From positions 2,232,001 to 2,296,000 of the forward strand of contig JAQFVV010000001.1 of assembly GCA_028023455.1 (NCBI GenBank): a stretch of 64,000 bases of DNA, in the 5' to 3' direction. Positions within the stretch are counted from its first letter, which is position 1; each line of letters opens with the position of its first letter. The position numbers and the translations under genes are program-made. Positions 39,324 through 52,300 of this stretch are shown piece after piece. The notes beneath the pieces are model-generated. The model had not been told where the DNA came from and searched no databases. It saw nothing but the letters and a program-made list of their open reading frames with translations. This DNA is from Epiperipatus broadwayi. Taxonomy: Eukaryota > Animalia > Onychophora.

Positions 39324-40919
39324 AATTTTAAACTTAAAACCATTTTCTTTTATTACTACCATCTTGATGACAGTTCTTTGGCTTTTAATTTTATGATTTT
39401 TTTGTGTTCAGTATTTCTTGAACAATTAGTATGTGATTATATTACAACAAGACTGTACTCAGCCTATGGAAAGGCCATGGTTTTGTAAGTTTTTTTAATT
39501 AATTACTTTAACAAATTTCAATCATGTGTGGTGTTAGTGTGGAGATGCAAATTCCATGATATCAAACTTCATGATTTCAATTATATACTAACCAAAACTA
39601 AATGTAAATATGGTACTATAGCATGTATTTTTTCCTCTCATTAAATATCTCATATTAAACATGAATTTATGTACTGTAAACACATTTTCTTTGTGATTTA
39701 ACTATTATACCTATTCAGTTCTGTTTTGTAGTTAAAAACACATATACTGATTTTTTTCTGAGTGTTTTTTTCTTCAAAAAGTTTTATTCCATACGTCTTT
39801 TGTAAAATACCATATTTTTTTAGAATTCAGAAATGTATCTGGTCTATGGAAAGGCTGTCATTTTTGTAAAAAAAAAAGAATTAATTAGTTGCTTTAAATT
39901 TTTTGTTGTTGGTGTTTTGCGGAATTACTTGCTGGCAAATGTACCTGGCCTATGGAAAGTTTGTTGTCTTGATAATAGTTTTTTTTTTTTTATTGATAGC
40001 TTTAACAATTTTTTTTTTTTGCTTTGCAAAATTGCTTGTTTTGAATAAAATACTCATAATCAAATTAAGCTTCTTAAATATAAGGAAGGAATTACTTCCT
40101 TTGCATAAAATGCTTTTTAAAAAAATTACAGTTTAGTAATGGTGTAATTATTTCCTTCGACAGCGTTACAGATAAATTTAATATTTTTTTTAAAAAAATT
40201 GGTTGTGAATTTGACATGTGACAACATTACAGATTAAAACAATTCAAGAGGTGCTCCAGTAAAGCATTACAGATAAACATATATTCAGACAAGACAAAGT
40301 AGAGATTTTATATATAATGATAATTATTATATGATCTGTAGTTTTTGAATTAATCATTACGATTTTCTGTGACATTTATGAAATATTTGTTGATTATTCT
40401 TAATTAACATTATCATAATAATAATTATATATTTTGTGATTTTATAAATGTACTTTTTATGGGTAATTAATAGTTCTTGTACTCATTATTCTATGATTTT
40501 TTTTTGTAATTTTATTACATGAATAATAATATAAATAAATACTTGAGTAGTTTTTCTATTAACTAGGACATTATATCAATGACAAATGAGTAAAAAAAAG
40601 GAACATGTATTTCATGAATGGCACAGGTAAAAAAAGGGTAATCTATTTTTTACGTTACTGGTCTGTGGAAATTTTTTCTGGAATCTAAATGGTCTGCAGA
40701 GAGAAAAAAGTTGAGAAACACTGATCTAGATAGTACTATTTAAATTTTGCAGTGACATTTTTATATACAAACACAAATTCATTATTTAAAAATACATATT
40801 AATCACTATTTTAACTATATATCCATCAAAAATGTATTGCAGTTGCAATATAGATGATATAGATTTTTGTTTTTGCATTGGATTTTAATAATTAGAATGG
40901 TGTTAATTTTCAACAATAA

Positions 40920-42050
40920 AGATTTGTAAAATTTATGGACCGACAAGAACATACCAGCAAAATTTGATAATGAATACTACAAAATGGAAAATACATGGCA
41001 ATGGCGCTGCCTACTAGGGAATTATGTGCAACCTAGTTTTAATAAATACTGAATAGAAAATAATAACAGGATTAATAGTGAAAAATCAGAGTATAATGTA
41101 TAAAAGATACATTGATGATATTTGTATGTGCTCTTAAACAATATAGAAATGCACAACTTACTGGCCAATGAATCATTACTAACATAGATAATAAAAAAAT
41201 GAAAATAATATACACAGCATAAAAAATCTAAACATGATAAACCAAAGACTTGGATTATAAAATGGTGCTAAAACCACTCAAAATAAGAGGCACAATACAT
41301 CCACAATCTAGAACACCAATGCCACACAAACTGGCAGTTTCTAAAGCATTTCTTGAAAGAAATCACTTGTTTTATAAATATAAAATAGATGGGGGAAATA
41401 TTGCAGATGAATATATAAAAGGTTTATGTAGCATGGAGTACAACAAAAAAAAAATACTGATTGAAGAAATTGAAAAATTTAATAAAATGATAAAACAAAA
41501 TTTAAAACTACAAGTCAACATGGGCCAATATGCCTTATATACCAAAACTAATGAATAAAATAAAAAAGATTTGTGAAGCAAAGTACATCTTGAACTTCCA
41601 AACACCAGAAAATCTTAGCATGCTGATAAATGGCAAAAAAAGACAGATTACAAAAAAGAAGAGACACCAAAGTTACTATCTGAAATCCATTGTAATAGCC
41701 AAGGTTGCACAGCCATATACTGTGATGAATCAATGATCAACATTGCAACCAGAATAGCACAGCACAAATATTTATATAAGCATTCTAAAGACAACCTTGA
41801 AGAGAAGCCCATGGTTTGGAATCAAGAAAAACAACACGGATATTGCTGAGCAAAAAAGGAAAGGAAATTAAGCTTGGTTCATAGCCAATCGCAAAAACAT
41901 GGTAAAAGAGAAAACAATATTCAATTGTTGCATAGATGGAATATTTAAATCAGCTGATTTACGTAAAATGAATAGTCAAGATAGATTATAAATAAGCAGC
42001 AACACTATGAAACACGAGAGCTATGATTATGATAGTCTTCACTCATCTAA
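40920..42050 (+). mobile_element. Penelope-like element RT + GIY-YIG endonuclease remnant
   Basis: YKRYIDDI (YxDD at ~41108), KP...IHPQSRTPMPHKLA, and EIHCNSQGCTAIYCDES...TRIAQH (GIY-YIG CxxC-type). Confidence 0.85.
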
Positions 42051-43479
42051 ATAAATGAAAGGAAATAAATAAAGTCCACTTCATAAAGCAAGAATTACAT
42101 GTACAATGAAGGGAAAATTAATATTAACTCTGTATAAAATATATATTATGAATGTCTAAAACTGCATGGAGATAAATGTAAAAACAAATGGAGATCTGTT
42201 CAAATAATGATATTTTTAAGATGTTAATGTTAGAAAATAATGAATTAAGTACATTTCTCAGATTTGAGTTGAATGTGAGTAAATCAAGATAATTTGTAAT
42301 GATTTATTGGAAATTTATTTGAAAATATTTTTGTGAGAAAAGATATTTAATGTTTTAATATATTGAAATTTTAATATAACAAAAAAATTAATGGTTAGTC
42401 CTATGCTTCTTTAGATCAGATTATAATATTGCATAAAGTTTAAAGATTAAAAAAAAAAACTTTGAAGGAGAGAAATTTAATGTGATTTTAAAAAGATATA
42501 TAACTTTCTATATGCAAAAAAGAATAGTTAAATTGGGATTAATAAAATAAGTTGTCATAAATAATATTTTACATCTACCAAAAAGTTATGAGATCTTGAA
42601 TGAAAATGTGGTAAAAATATTTAAGATAAATACCTTCAAGATGAGTATTAATTTGGATTGTGTATGAAATAAAACTAGAAATGGTACTAAATATATTTGA
42701 AATTAAATTCTAACAAATTTAACAAGCCTATAAATAAACCATGGCTTTTCAAATATATAATGATGGTAATATAAACGTATTTATGGAATAACTAAACCCC
42801 AAAATATTAATATGATAATTCACAAATAATCATTGAAATTAACTTGCAAATAATGCCTCTTTCTTATATCATTGCCAATATATTTGTGAAATAAAAATTG
42901 CCTAATCACTTTTATCTTATCTTTAGTTTGTTGTATTTGACAAATTGATTGGCAGTAATATAAGGAAAGACATTATTTTCAAATTCTTTTAAATGATTCT
43001 TTGGTAATCTGGCATGCAAATTATCATAGCAATGTTTTCAGACTTGTTTGTTTCTTGAATAGGTTTTTATTGAAATTGGGTAAACAATTAAAAATGTCAT
43101 TTTAACAACAAATTGAAATACTATATATGATTTCATGACAAAACTGAATCATATTTTAAGAGATAAAAAAGAAATGTATTTTTTAAGTTTAAAAAGTGCC
43201 TTAAATCAATTTTTTTTTTTGACAGAATAATGAAGAATCATATCTCACATTGAAATGGCTATGATTAAAGATAATAATCATTATTAAACGATACTGATAT
43301 ACTACATCTATCTTAGTACTGCTTATTACTTCAGCTAACTTTCTTATCCATACATTTTACATATTGTCTCTTAACATCTTTTAGAATTCAGTTTAGAACT
43401 TAAGTTATCTTTCCATTACCATCTCTTCTGGATATATGAATATACTAGCTCAATTTTAGTCTTTTAATTCTTACAATAA

Positions 43480-43670
43480 TATTAATAATATCTGTTTATT
43501 TTTTCACTTATGTATTTTATTTCATTTTTTGGGGGTTAGTTTTTTAGCATACATTTCTTCAAACTTTGCTCACTAGTTTGCAGTCTTTGTTTTAATTCTC
43601 ATTGCTGGTAAATACATATATTAGAACAATCTTTTTTACTAGTTAAACAGGCATATTTCTTTTTAATATT
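43480..43670 (-). pseudogene. Possible PLE GIY-YIG remnant
   Basis: KYACLTSKKDCSNICIYQQ*ELKQRL resembles Y...C..C...YIGQT.R.LK.R. Confidence 0.4.
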
Positions 43671-44709
43671 TTCACAAAAACATTTTTTTTCCAAGATTAA
43701 TTTTATGATTAATTATATCTATTATCATTTAAAGTTTTTGAATTTTTGAAATTAATATATGTTTAAGTTTGTTGAAATAGTCCTGAAAAGTAGGAATATT
43801 AAATATTATTGTTAATAATATTTAATTGCTTTTATCTTTCTAGTTTTTTATTAGTACCTATTGTACATTTTATTAATCATTTCCCATGTTAAACATATTA
43901 AAAACAATATAGTCTTGAAGTATTTGCTGTTTACAAAAATATAGTAGGACTTTCATTTATTACTTCATTATGTCTATTGTTTATTGAATATTTTTGACGA
44001 AGAATTCATAATAGTTTTATTCCAGCACAAATTTCTCATATCTAAGTCTTCTCATATTTCTATTGTTTTTTTAATATTCATAGTGACTCATTTCACTTTC
44101 ATCTTTAAAACACTTTCCACTTTTAAATGTTATTAAGTTTATTATTTTTACATTTTTATAAAACTTATTCCATTTCTTCATCAAAATGACTCTTGGGAAA
44201 TACACATGAAATCTACATTTGCCACTTTTTATAATATATTATCAATATCTATAATATTATTCTTCAAACTTTTATTTATAATGAATCATACTTTGTATTT
44301 TTAATATTAGTGTCATCATTGTGAAGTGTATGTCCAATTTTAAAATCAATATTTCTTTATTTTTTTATCAGGACTTCACTACTTTATATAAATGTTAATT
44401 TATATCATAAATATAATTATACATTATTTATTTATTATATGTTACATTATACATTAAATAACATAATAATGTTTGATAAGAAGATCAATGCATCTTTAAT
44501 ATTCTCTTGTTGTTTTATTTTACTTTATTTAAAGATTATGTATAAACATAATCTGTAAATAAAAAAAATCATGACCTTCTATATTTATCAAATTTTTTTA
44601 TATAAATGTTTATATTTACTATTGTATGTATTCTCTTAAGTTCTTTTATATATATATTCATAGTATTATTTCCAGGCACTTCTGTGTAGTAAAAATATAA
44701 TAGTTAAAT

Positions 44710-44751
44710 AGCTGATGTTTCAGTACAATAACAAGTACTTTCCTCAGAGCT
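44710..44751 (-). ncRNA. PLE-type minimal hammerhead, family 2
   Basis: AGCU-CUGAGGA-A-AGUAC uuguuauu GUACU-GAAAC AUC-AGCU. GAAACAUC is the CpG-decay product of the usual GAAACGUC. Confidence 0.7.
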
Positions 44752-45013
44752 TCTTTTTTCTCAAATCATAAGGATGTATGTAGTGAGATTTAAAATCATT
44801 ATTTTTTTGTTGTTGTTGTTTTCTCTTCATTCTCAAATTCTATTGGTTGAGAAGTTTTAAAAAATATTTTTTATTTGGAAAAAGTTATTGGAGAATAAAA
44901 TATTTTTTAAAACTTCTCAACCAGTAGAATTTGAAAGTGAGGAGAAAAAAACAAAAGAAAAAATAACTATTTTAAATCTTACCACATACATTCTTATGAT
45001 TTGAGAAAGAAGA

Positions 45014-45055
45014 AGTTCTGAGGAAAGTAGTTGTTATTGTACTAAAACATCAGCT
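45014..45055 (+). ncRNA. Decayed family-2 hammerhead (GAAA>AAAA)
   Basis: Mirror copy of 44710-44751 with a core mutation. Confidence 0.5.
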
Positions 45056-47207
45056 ATTTAGCTATTATATTTTTACTATGTGGAAGCAACTGGAAATAAT
45101 ATTATGAATGCATTTATCCACGAGAATATTAGAATTAATATATATAAATATGTAGTAATAGGACTTATTCATGTTAAAGGTATGGTTTACATGTAAATTA
45201 ACAAAGAAGGAAAAAAAAGGGAAAATGTATCCACAACAAAATGGTTATCTATATGCCTATATTGAACCCATATATATATTAATATTATAGAATAATGGAC
45301 TAATAATTGCTTGATCACAATTATTATTTTTTATTTCTTAATCTATAGTCCAGACTTTTTAACCTTCAGATATTAACAATATAAATGACTTTGAAGTATA
45401 TTCGTGTGTGTAGGAGATAAAATATCTGCTTGTACACACAACATTGGATTAATTATTATTTAATTCTGCAAAATAAAATAATAATCTCTATTATAATAAA
45501 AAATATTAATTTTTTAACTTAATAGGTTTTAAAAAAATAAATTGTTATAAGAAAAGTTTCATTTTTTTAATTATTTGTTAAAATGTACCAAGAAACTGAT
45601 TTTCAATCCTTGAATATTTAAATAGTTGAAAAATGAGAAATTTTAAATGGTCAACTTTATTGTTCTAGAAGGAAGAGGAAGACAATTTTTTTAACATGTC
45701 TAAGAATTGTTTCAAAAAGGAAAAACATAATTTTCTGAAGTAATATTTTTACTTTAAAATTTATTCTTTAAATATAACAAATTGTATCATTTTATTAATG
45801 GTTCTATAGAATAATTAACATGTAGTGCTAATTAAAGTAATACCCTAAAAGAATAAACTCTGTTGTAGGAAAAAAATCTATTACTATTCTAAAATGAATT
45901 TTTTGAAAATTTGTCATAAATGATAAAATGAATATTTCTCTTTAAAAATTATTGTGAAAATTTATAATACTTAGAATAGATAATAATACATATAAATGCT
46001 TCATTGGACAATGAACTCCATTATAAATTTATAAAAGGAAGGAATGCCAATAAAATACATTTAAATGGCTGTTGGGTTTACCTAAAAGAAAAAAATGTAC
46101 TGGTATTTTTCTATGCAAAATGAAATATTCAAATTAATTATATATCAGTCTTCAACATATATATTATAGCTGTCACTAAAGTGTGAGCTACATTAATAAA
46201 AAAAAAAAAGAGAATGTCTAAATGCATTTAGATAGTTTATAACAAATTTTTTATGGATAGAAAAATAAAATAAAATTTAATTTTTAAAGAAAAGTTTTGA
46301 AATAAAGAAAAAAGCAAAATTGACAAATTAAGTACAAGGAGGAATATTTTCATTTTATAGATTTAAAAAAGATACATTTAAAATCTATTATATTTTTTTT
46401 TATAAGAAAGGTTTTATTGGCAAAAAGAAAAGAAACAAGAGAAAATATTTCTTTTTTAAAGTAATTAAAACAATGATTACTTATATTTTTGCTTGTTAAA
46501 ATATAATTCAAAAAGAAAAAGATTTAATCAAGTTTTCTCTTGTTAATTTTTATTGAATATTATATAATTATAGAAAAATAATTAAAGCAACAAGTAAAAA
46601 AAAATTAAAAAAAAAATTGGGTACTTGTCGATTAGCCACCGTATGCTGCTTGATATCACTGATTCCATGCAAAAGCTCAGAAATATGCTGTTTATGTAGC
46701 CTATAGAACAGTTCTGTTCATATTAGCCATTAAACACACAAATATTACAGCCCACTTTTGTGTTTCATGGTACTATGCAAATAGTTCACACTTCACAGAT
46801 CACTACGGTATGATGTGATGGTGTATAGAATTTAATTGGCTATAATTCTTTTCATGTGCATTTGAAGTAATGATTTTTCACATGATCTGATGTAGTTTTA
46901 GATAGTAATAATTGTAAGCCAGTCACTGTACTTCCATATACATCTTTTTAAGGTGAAATGAATTGCAAAAGTGTATGTCCTAGCACCATTTTACAGAGTT
47001 CACATGAAAAAGGAATTTTGTGCAAAAACAGATACAATACTACTAAAATGACTGAGGTTTGTCATTGTTTTTAAAAGCATAAGCTTGGTTTGATCATATG
47101 GTAATTTTAAAATGGAATTCTTACATTTTATTAAATAATGTTATTTCATAAATTTTTTAAAAATAGTTTTCAAAATGTCGTTGCGGAATGTTTCTAATAT
47201 ATATATA

Positions 47208-47420
47208 TGTTTGATCAGAGTAGTGCATGTTTTGGCTGATCCTTCGGATTGTCAAAACCATTGGTCCCCCTCCCTGCACATTCCAGCACTACATGCTGCC
47301 ATGTATAATGTAATATAAAAATGTTTGATCAGAGTATTGCATCTTTTGGCCAAAACCATTGGTCCCCCTCCTTGCACATTCCAGCACTATGTGCTGACAT
47401 GTATAATGTAATTTAAAAAC
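47208..47420 (+). repeat. Tandem duplication with a ~114-bp unit
   Basis: TGTTTGATCAGAGTA...CAAAACCATTGGTCCCCCTCC...GCACATTCCAGCACTA...CATGTATAATGTAAT starts at 47208 and 47322. The second copy has an internal deletion. Confidence 0.9.
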
Positions 47421-48701
47421 TAATGCCCCCCCCCCAAAAAAAAAAGTAAATGCACTCTTTTAAAAAAAAATGTTTTAAAGAAGAATAAATGTAAATCCCT
47501 ATTAAAAAAAAAAAAGAAACAGGTGAAAGCATTATATTTATTTGTTTTTGAATAAATAATAACAAAATTGTAAATCAGCTCAGTAATGTTATATCTATTG
47601 GTTTTTGACTAGCAACAGAGCCATCAAGTGGCATGCAGTGATTAGTCAATTAGAACCAAAAATTGTTACCAAAAGAAATCTAACTTGATTAAACCATTTA
47701 TAGATTGAAATTTAATCGGAATAAATAGTTTATGTCTTTAATAATGTTAATTAAAACAATAAGATAATGTAAGATGGTGACAAAGATATGCTGTAGACAA
47801 TAGTCATGTTTTTATTAGTTGGGTCAATACAAATTTTATTTGATCTCTCTTTTGAGTTTGTTTCTTTCTCTCATGCTTATAGTCTGTTTAAAATATATTT
47901 GTGACTATTGGCTAATGAACTTCAAGCCTCAGAAGAGCCAGATTCTGCTTTAATGGTTATTAGTTTTATATACTCCCGACCATGAATAGCATCCAGTGTT
48001 ATAAAGTTTTGATGAAGATGCAATGCTGAATTCCTGAGAGTATTCTTTAGTCTGGACACATATGTAATTTTAGTTAATTATTCTGAGAGCACCCATTCAA
48101 AATCTTGAAATATATGGCCAAAATTAATCTGCCATTGCCAAGAAGTGTTTGCCCTGTATTATATATTTTGGTTTGCTAATGTTCTATACAATGGAAGCAT
48201 TCTCTTGTTAAGAAGAACATCATATGTATATGGATGGATCTTGGCCTAAATTATAACTACAGAATGAAACAAGATAAGGAAGAAAAAAAACAGAAAAGGA
48301 AGCTAAATCTACAAGAACAAATTCTATAATGCCAATCAACAAAATAAAGAACCAAAAGAAGATTTAAAAAATGTTGAGCTTAACAAAAGGCTTTCAACAT
48401 AAAGAACTTTCATAGAAGTGATCATCCAAGTATTTGGTAAGAATTTTAATTACTTTCCTGTTTTTACATTGTATATCATGGCCATATAAATTCAAATAGT
48501 TATTATAATTTTTTTTTTTTTTTAATAAGTAAATAAGTTAACTAAACATTTTTAAATGTTTGTGGAGTTATAATTAGCCACTGAATATTATGATTGCATA
48601 ATAAACATATATTTTAGTTGTTAATTTGGCTTTTGTTCTCTTTTCTCTTAATTTCTCATTATTCAAATTAGCAAACTTTTTACTATAGGGTGGATATACT
48701 G

Positions 48702-48704
<3 letters not shown>

Positions 48705-48774
<70 letters not shown>
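48705..48774. repeat. (TA)n microsatellite
   Basis: Direct reading. Confidence 0.99.
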
Positions 48775-48779
<5 letters not shown>

Positions 48780-50130
48780 GGTTCAAATTATGATAACCAA
48801 TTAGACAGGATTTCTTTTACTCATCAGAGCTAGTTGTGGTTAAGTGACAGTAGTACTGAAGGAAATTCAAACTGTTTCCATAAAATATTCCTGGTATTTG
48901 GGATGGTGCATAGATTTGAATCTAATATAAATGCATGTATTTATAGAGGATTTCCCTTTTAGTTAAATAAGAGTGAGGTTAATGATCTTGAAATGTGGCT
49001 GTGGTATATGAGATTTGTATAAAATTAGTATCCAGTCTGATGATTAATATAATTTATAAATTGAATTAAATTATATTTCCTCTCTTGTCACATAGAAACC
49101 TCTATCTTTGCGGACAGTTATATTTGGTCTTCCAACATGGGACATGAATATTTAAAAATCTAGCTATTTTGGTAATGATTATAGTATATATATATTGAAG
49201 CAGTCAAATCTGTTGCACATATTTTGCTTCACTGTCTAGTGATGTTTGGAACCTTCAAACAGGGGCTCAAACTCAGTTGTGTAGTAGTAAATCACTAGGG
49301 AGCACAGGTATACATATGCACATGATTATTTTCACCTCTTGTTAGTTAAGCATTATCCTCATTTAATAATATTAAATTAATTATAAAGTATATAAATTTC
49401 CATCACGGTAAATAATCATGCATGTGTGTATGTGTAACAGATAAACGGGTATAATAATGTTATTAAATATGTTCAGGTTATATATAAATATTTTTATTCA
49501 TTTACTATTTAATTTGAGAGAAAGTTCTAGAGAGTAACTGAAATTTGCAAACAAAAGACATGCCTTAATTGAATTTTTTAAAAAAAGCTTTTGTTGGCAT
49601 AGATTTATTTTAAAAGATTTACATTATTTAACATTTATCCTGTGGGTCTATTTCCAACTCAAAATAGACTGAAATGATGCTCTCTTGAACTTATATGTCA
49701 TCCATATTTTAAAATAAAGGTATAACAGTTGACCATTAATGGACATCCGGGGATTACCAGAGGCAGTTTCAGTGTGTATAAATACAGCCAAATTTTCTAT
49801 ATAAAACACTCTGTATTTCATTATCAGAAGGCATTGCAGAACAAATCTACATCACCCAAAATTTTAACATTATGAATAGTGAGTAGAAAAGAAATTTGCT
49901 TCCCTGATCTTTCCAAGATCAGATCCATGCTGCTGTACTCTTATGCCATTGCCACATAAATACTGCCTAAATAAACTCTTAAATAAACTAGGAAAGGATG
50001 CCAACCATTATTTTCCCAAAAATCTGCCTTATTGACTGTATTTCTCAAAATGATATCCACATACGTGTATATGGCCATCAAGTCTTCAACAACTAAAGGT
50101 AATTCTTTGCCGCAATATGAACTTTAAAAC

Positions 50131-50226
50131 CTCTATCTAAATGCTTTTAATATTCTTAAAAATGTAAATTTTCAATCTCCATCTAAATGCTTTTAATATT
50201 CTTAAAAATGTAAATTTTCAACCTCC
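50131..50226 (+). repeat. 46-bp tandem duplication
   Basis: CTC(T/C)ATCTAAATGCTTTTAATATTCTTAAAAATGTAAATTTTCAA occurs twice. Confidence 0.95.
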
Positions 50227-51050
50227 AGCTATGTAAAGTTATTTTCATTTAAATTGTATCTTTATAAAACTTCCATTTATGTAATCTCTCTGTTATTTAA
50301 AATGTAATCTGCATATTTCACAATTGGCAATACAAAGCCGATGATTAATTTTCTTAGAATAATGACTTTCTTTTAGCATGAATCTATAATTTTTATTTTC
50401 TAAACTTGCTTGCTGGGTTTCACTCTTGCTGTCCTATTATTTTAAATGCAGCAACTTTTATTTGATTTTATGTTAATCATAGATACTTTAATATGCTAAT
50501 AATTCAACCTGGCGAACCAATCTTGTCTTATTTTACTATTCCACCATTTTTGAATCTTAAATCAGTAAACATAAGCTTTCTTACTAAATTCTAAAGTTCA
50601 CCTGGTTGAATAATATTCCTGAATTGTTTTGTATTTTGTGATATACTATCCATTATCATTTAAAGATATCATTTTACTCGTATTTTAATGCTATTGATTT
50701 ATGAAAAGTTAATATAGAGTAAATTAAAGTTTGTGACCTTACCTTTAATCAATTATTTGATTAGCCGGCCATCTAGTGATGATTTTAATTAAGTCCTTCT
50801 CTTCTCAAACATATCGATAGTTGTTTAGCGAAGGGAGTCATATACTCTCCTTTTTATAATTGATTTTCTAACTAGTATTTTAGGCAACTTATGCGCCATT
50901 AAGGATTTAAACCATATATATCATTACGCCAGATTTGATTACTTTCTAAGGCCTTAATATATCAGTGTCACTACAGACCTGAAATCCTCGGCATTGCTTA
51001 TCGATGATAACGTACATAAATTTATATGCTGCTTTATTAAACTTTCCTTT

Positions 51051-51344
51051 TTACCAGATTATTTTGTAAGGCACATTTCTCGGTGGAGTGTGGAGGCCCC
51101 AACTCCAAAGGTTGTGCTTGGTTGTGGCTAGGCTGAAACCATAATACCCTCCCAAACATGTCTTCAGATGCCATCTGTCACAAGCACAGATGAGCTCATA
51201 TATTTCGCTATAAAGTTGATGAAGCTTCTCATCCTTCCTGATGTTATTATTCGGTCGGCACCACAGTAATTTATATTTTATCGTATCATCTATTAGTCTA
51301 TAAGTCATAATGCAATGATCTCTTAAACCATCCCAAGCTTTCAT
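51051..51344 (-). pseudogene. Unidentified Cys/Trp-rich coding remnant within a CpG-richer 3.5-kb segment
   Basis: 97-aa ORF with non-biased composition, unlike the AT-drift ORFs elsewhere. Flanking frames are interrupted by stops. Confidence 0.35.
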
Positions 51345-52241
51345 TTTATCATATTAATTTGGTTAGAAATGTCACGTGTTAAAGCATACTTAAGCTGTCT
51401 GTCTTCTCGTTGAACAATCCCTAGATACATTGAGAAATAACTTTTAATAAATCCTACAAAAGTCAAATCATGTAACTAAATGCGAAAATAAATGTACTCT
51501 TTTCAAATCATTAATGTAAATTGTAAATGTTGTATATCTTTTATAATTTGAAACATAATTAATCTGCAGTTAGGATAACTGCAATAAAACCCACTTATAA
51601 TTATTGAAATTCATTAGATTATTTGTTATTTAAAATATCATAGCGTTCGGAATATAGGCCTCGTAAACTTGATATCTTTTATTAGCATATTAAGCTGCAT
51701 TGTTTTGATTAGTTACTGATTTTATCAATACCTGTACTTGTATCTGCATATCCATTAATCCTTAAGTTATGTTGCATAGGTCAGTATGGAATGCGCAAAT
51801 AAATATTAATTATATGAAACCCAGAAAGCATTCATTATGTTTAATTAGATTCATGATGTATTTAATCCTTTATATCATCCATTTTGTTTATATACAAGTT
51901 TAACCATATTATTAATATTATTATAAATAAATTAATCGTTTAATAATCTATTCTTTAGATATTTTATTCATTCATGCATGCACATCTGTTATTGTATTAC
52001 ATCATCCCTTAGTTAATCTCATAGATCTCTTGTTTCTCTGCTGACGCTCTGGGATGGGAATTGTTAGAAATTTCATTTGCTATTGTCAAAAGTGTTGTTC
52101 GTAATGTTATAGATTTGGGAAATAGGCAATAGGGCGGGTTTCATGATTATTCCTGACTTATGTATCTCGCATATGATTGAACTCTAGGTACTTTTGCCTA
52201 GATGCTAGCTCTTGTTAGATGAACATACAATTCTGACTGGT

Positions 52242-52244
<3 letters not shown>

Positions 52245-52297
<53 letters not shown>
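52245..52297. repeat. (TA)n microsatellite
   Basis: Direct reading. Confidence 0.99.

Positions 52298-52300
<3 letters not shown>

Larger units (their letters stand above)
35872..40723 (+). mobile_element. hAT transposon, Buster/Charlie-SPIN (ZBED5/8-like) lineage
   Basis: Perfect 13-bp TIRs CAGTGTTTCTCAA / TTGAGAAACACTG. Identical 8-bp TSD ATCTAGAT with central TA (35864-35871, 40724-40731). Internal transposase remnant. Confidence 0.95.
44658..45108. repeat. Fold-back (inverted pLTR-like) repeat carrying family-2 HHRs
   Basis: ~220-bp arms 44658-44876 and 44893-45108 with a short spacer. Confidence 0.85.
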
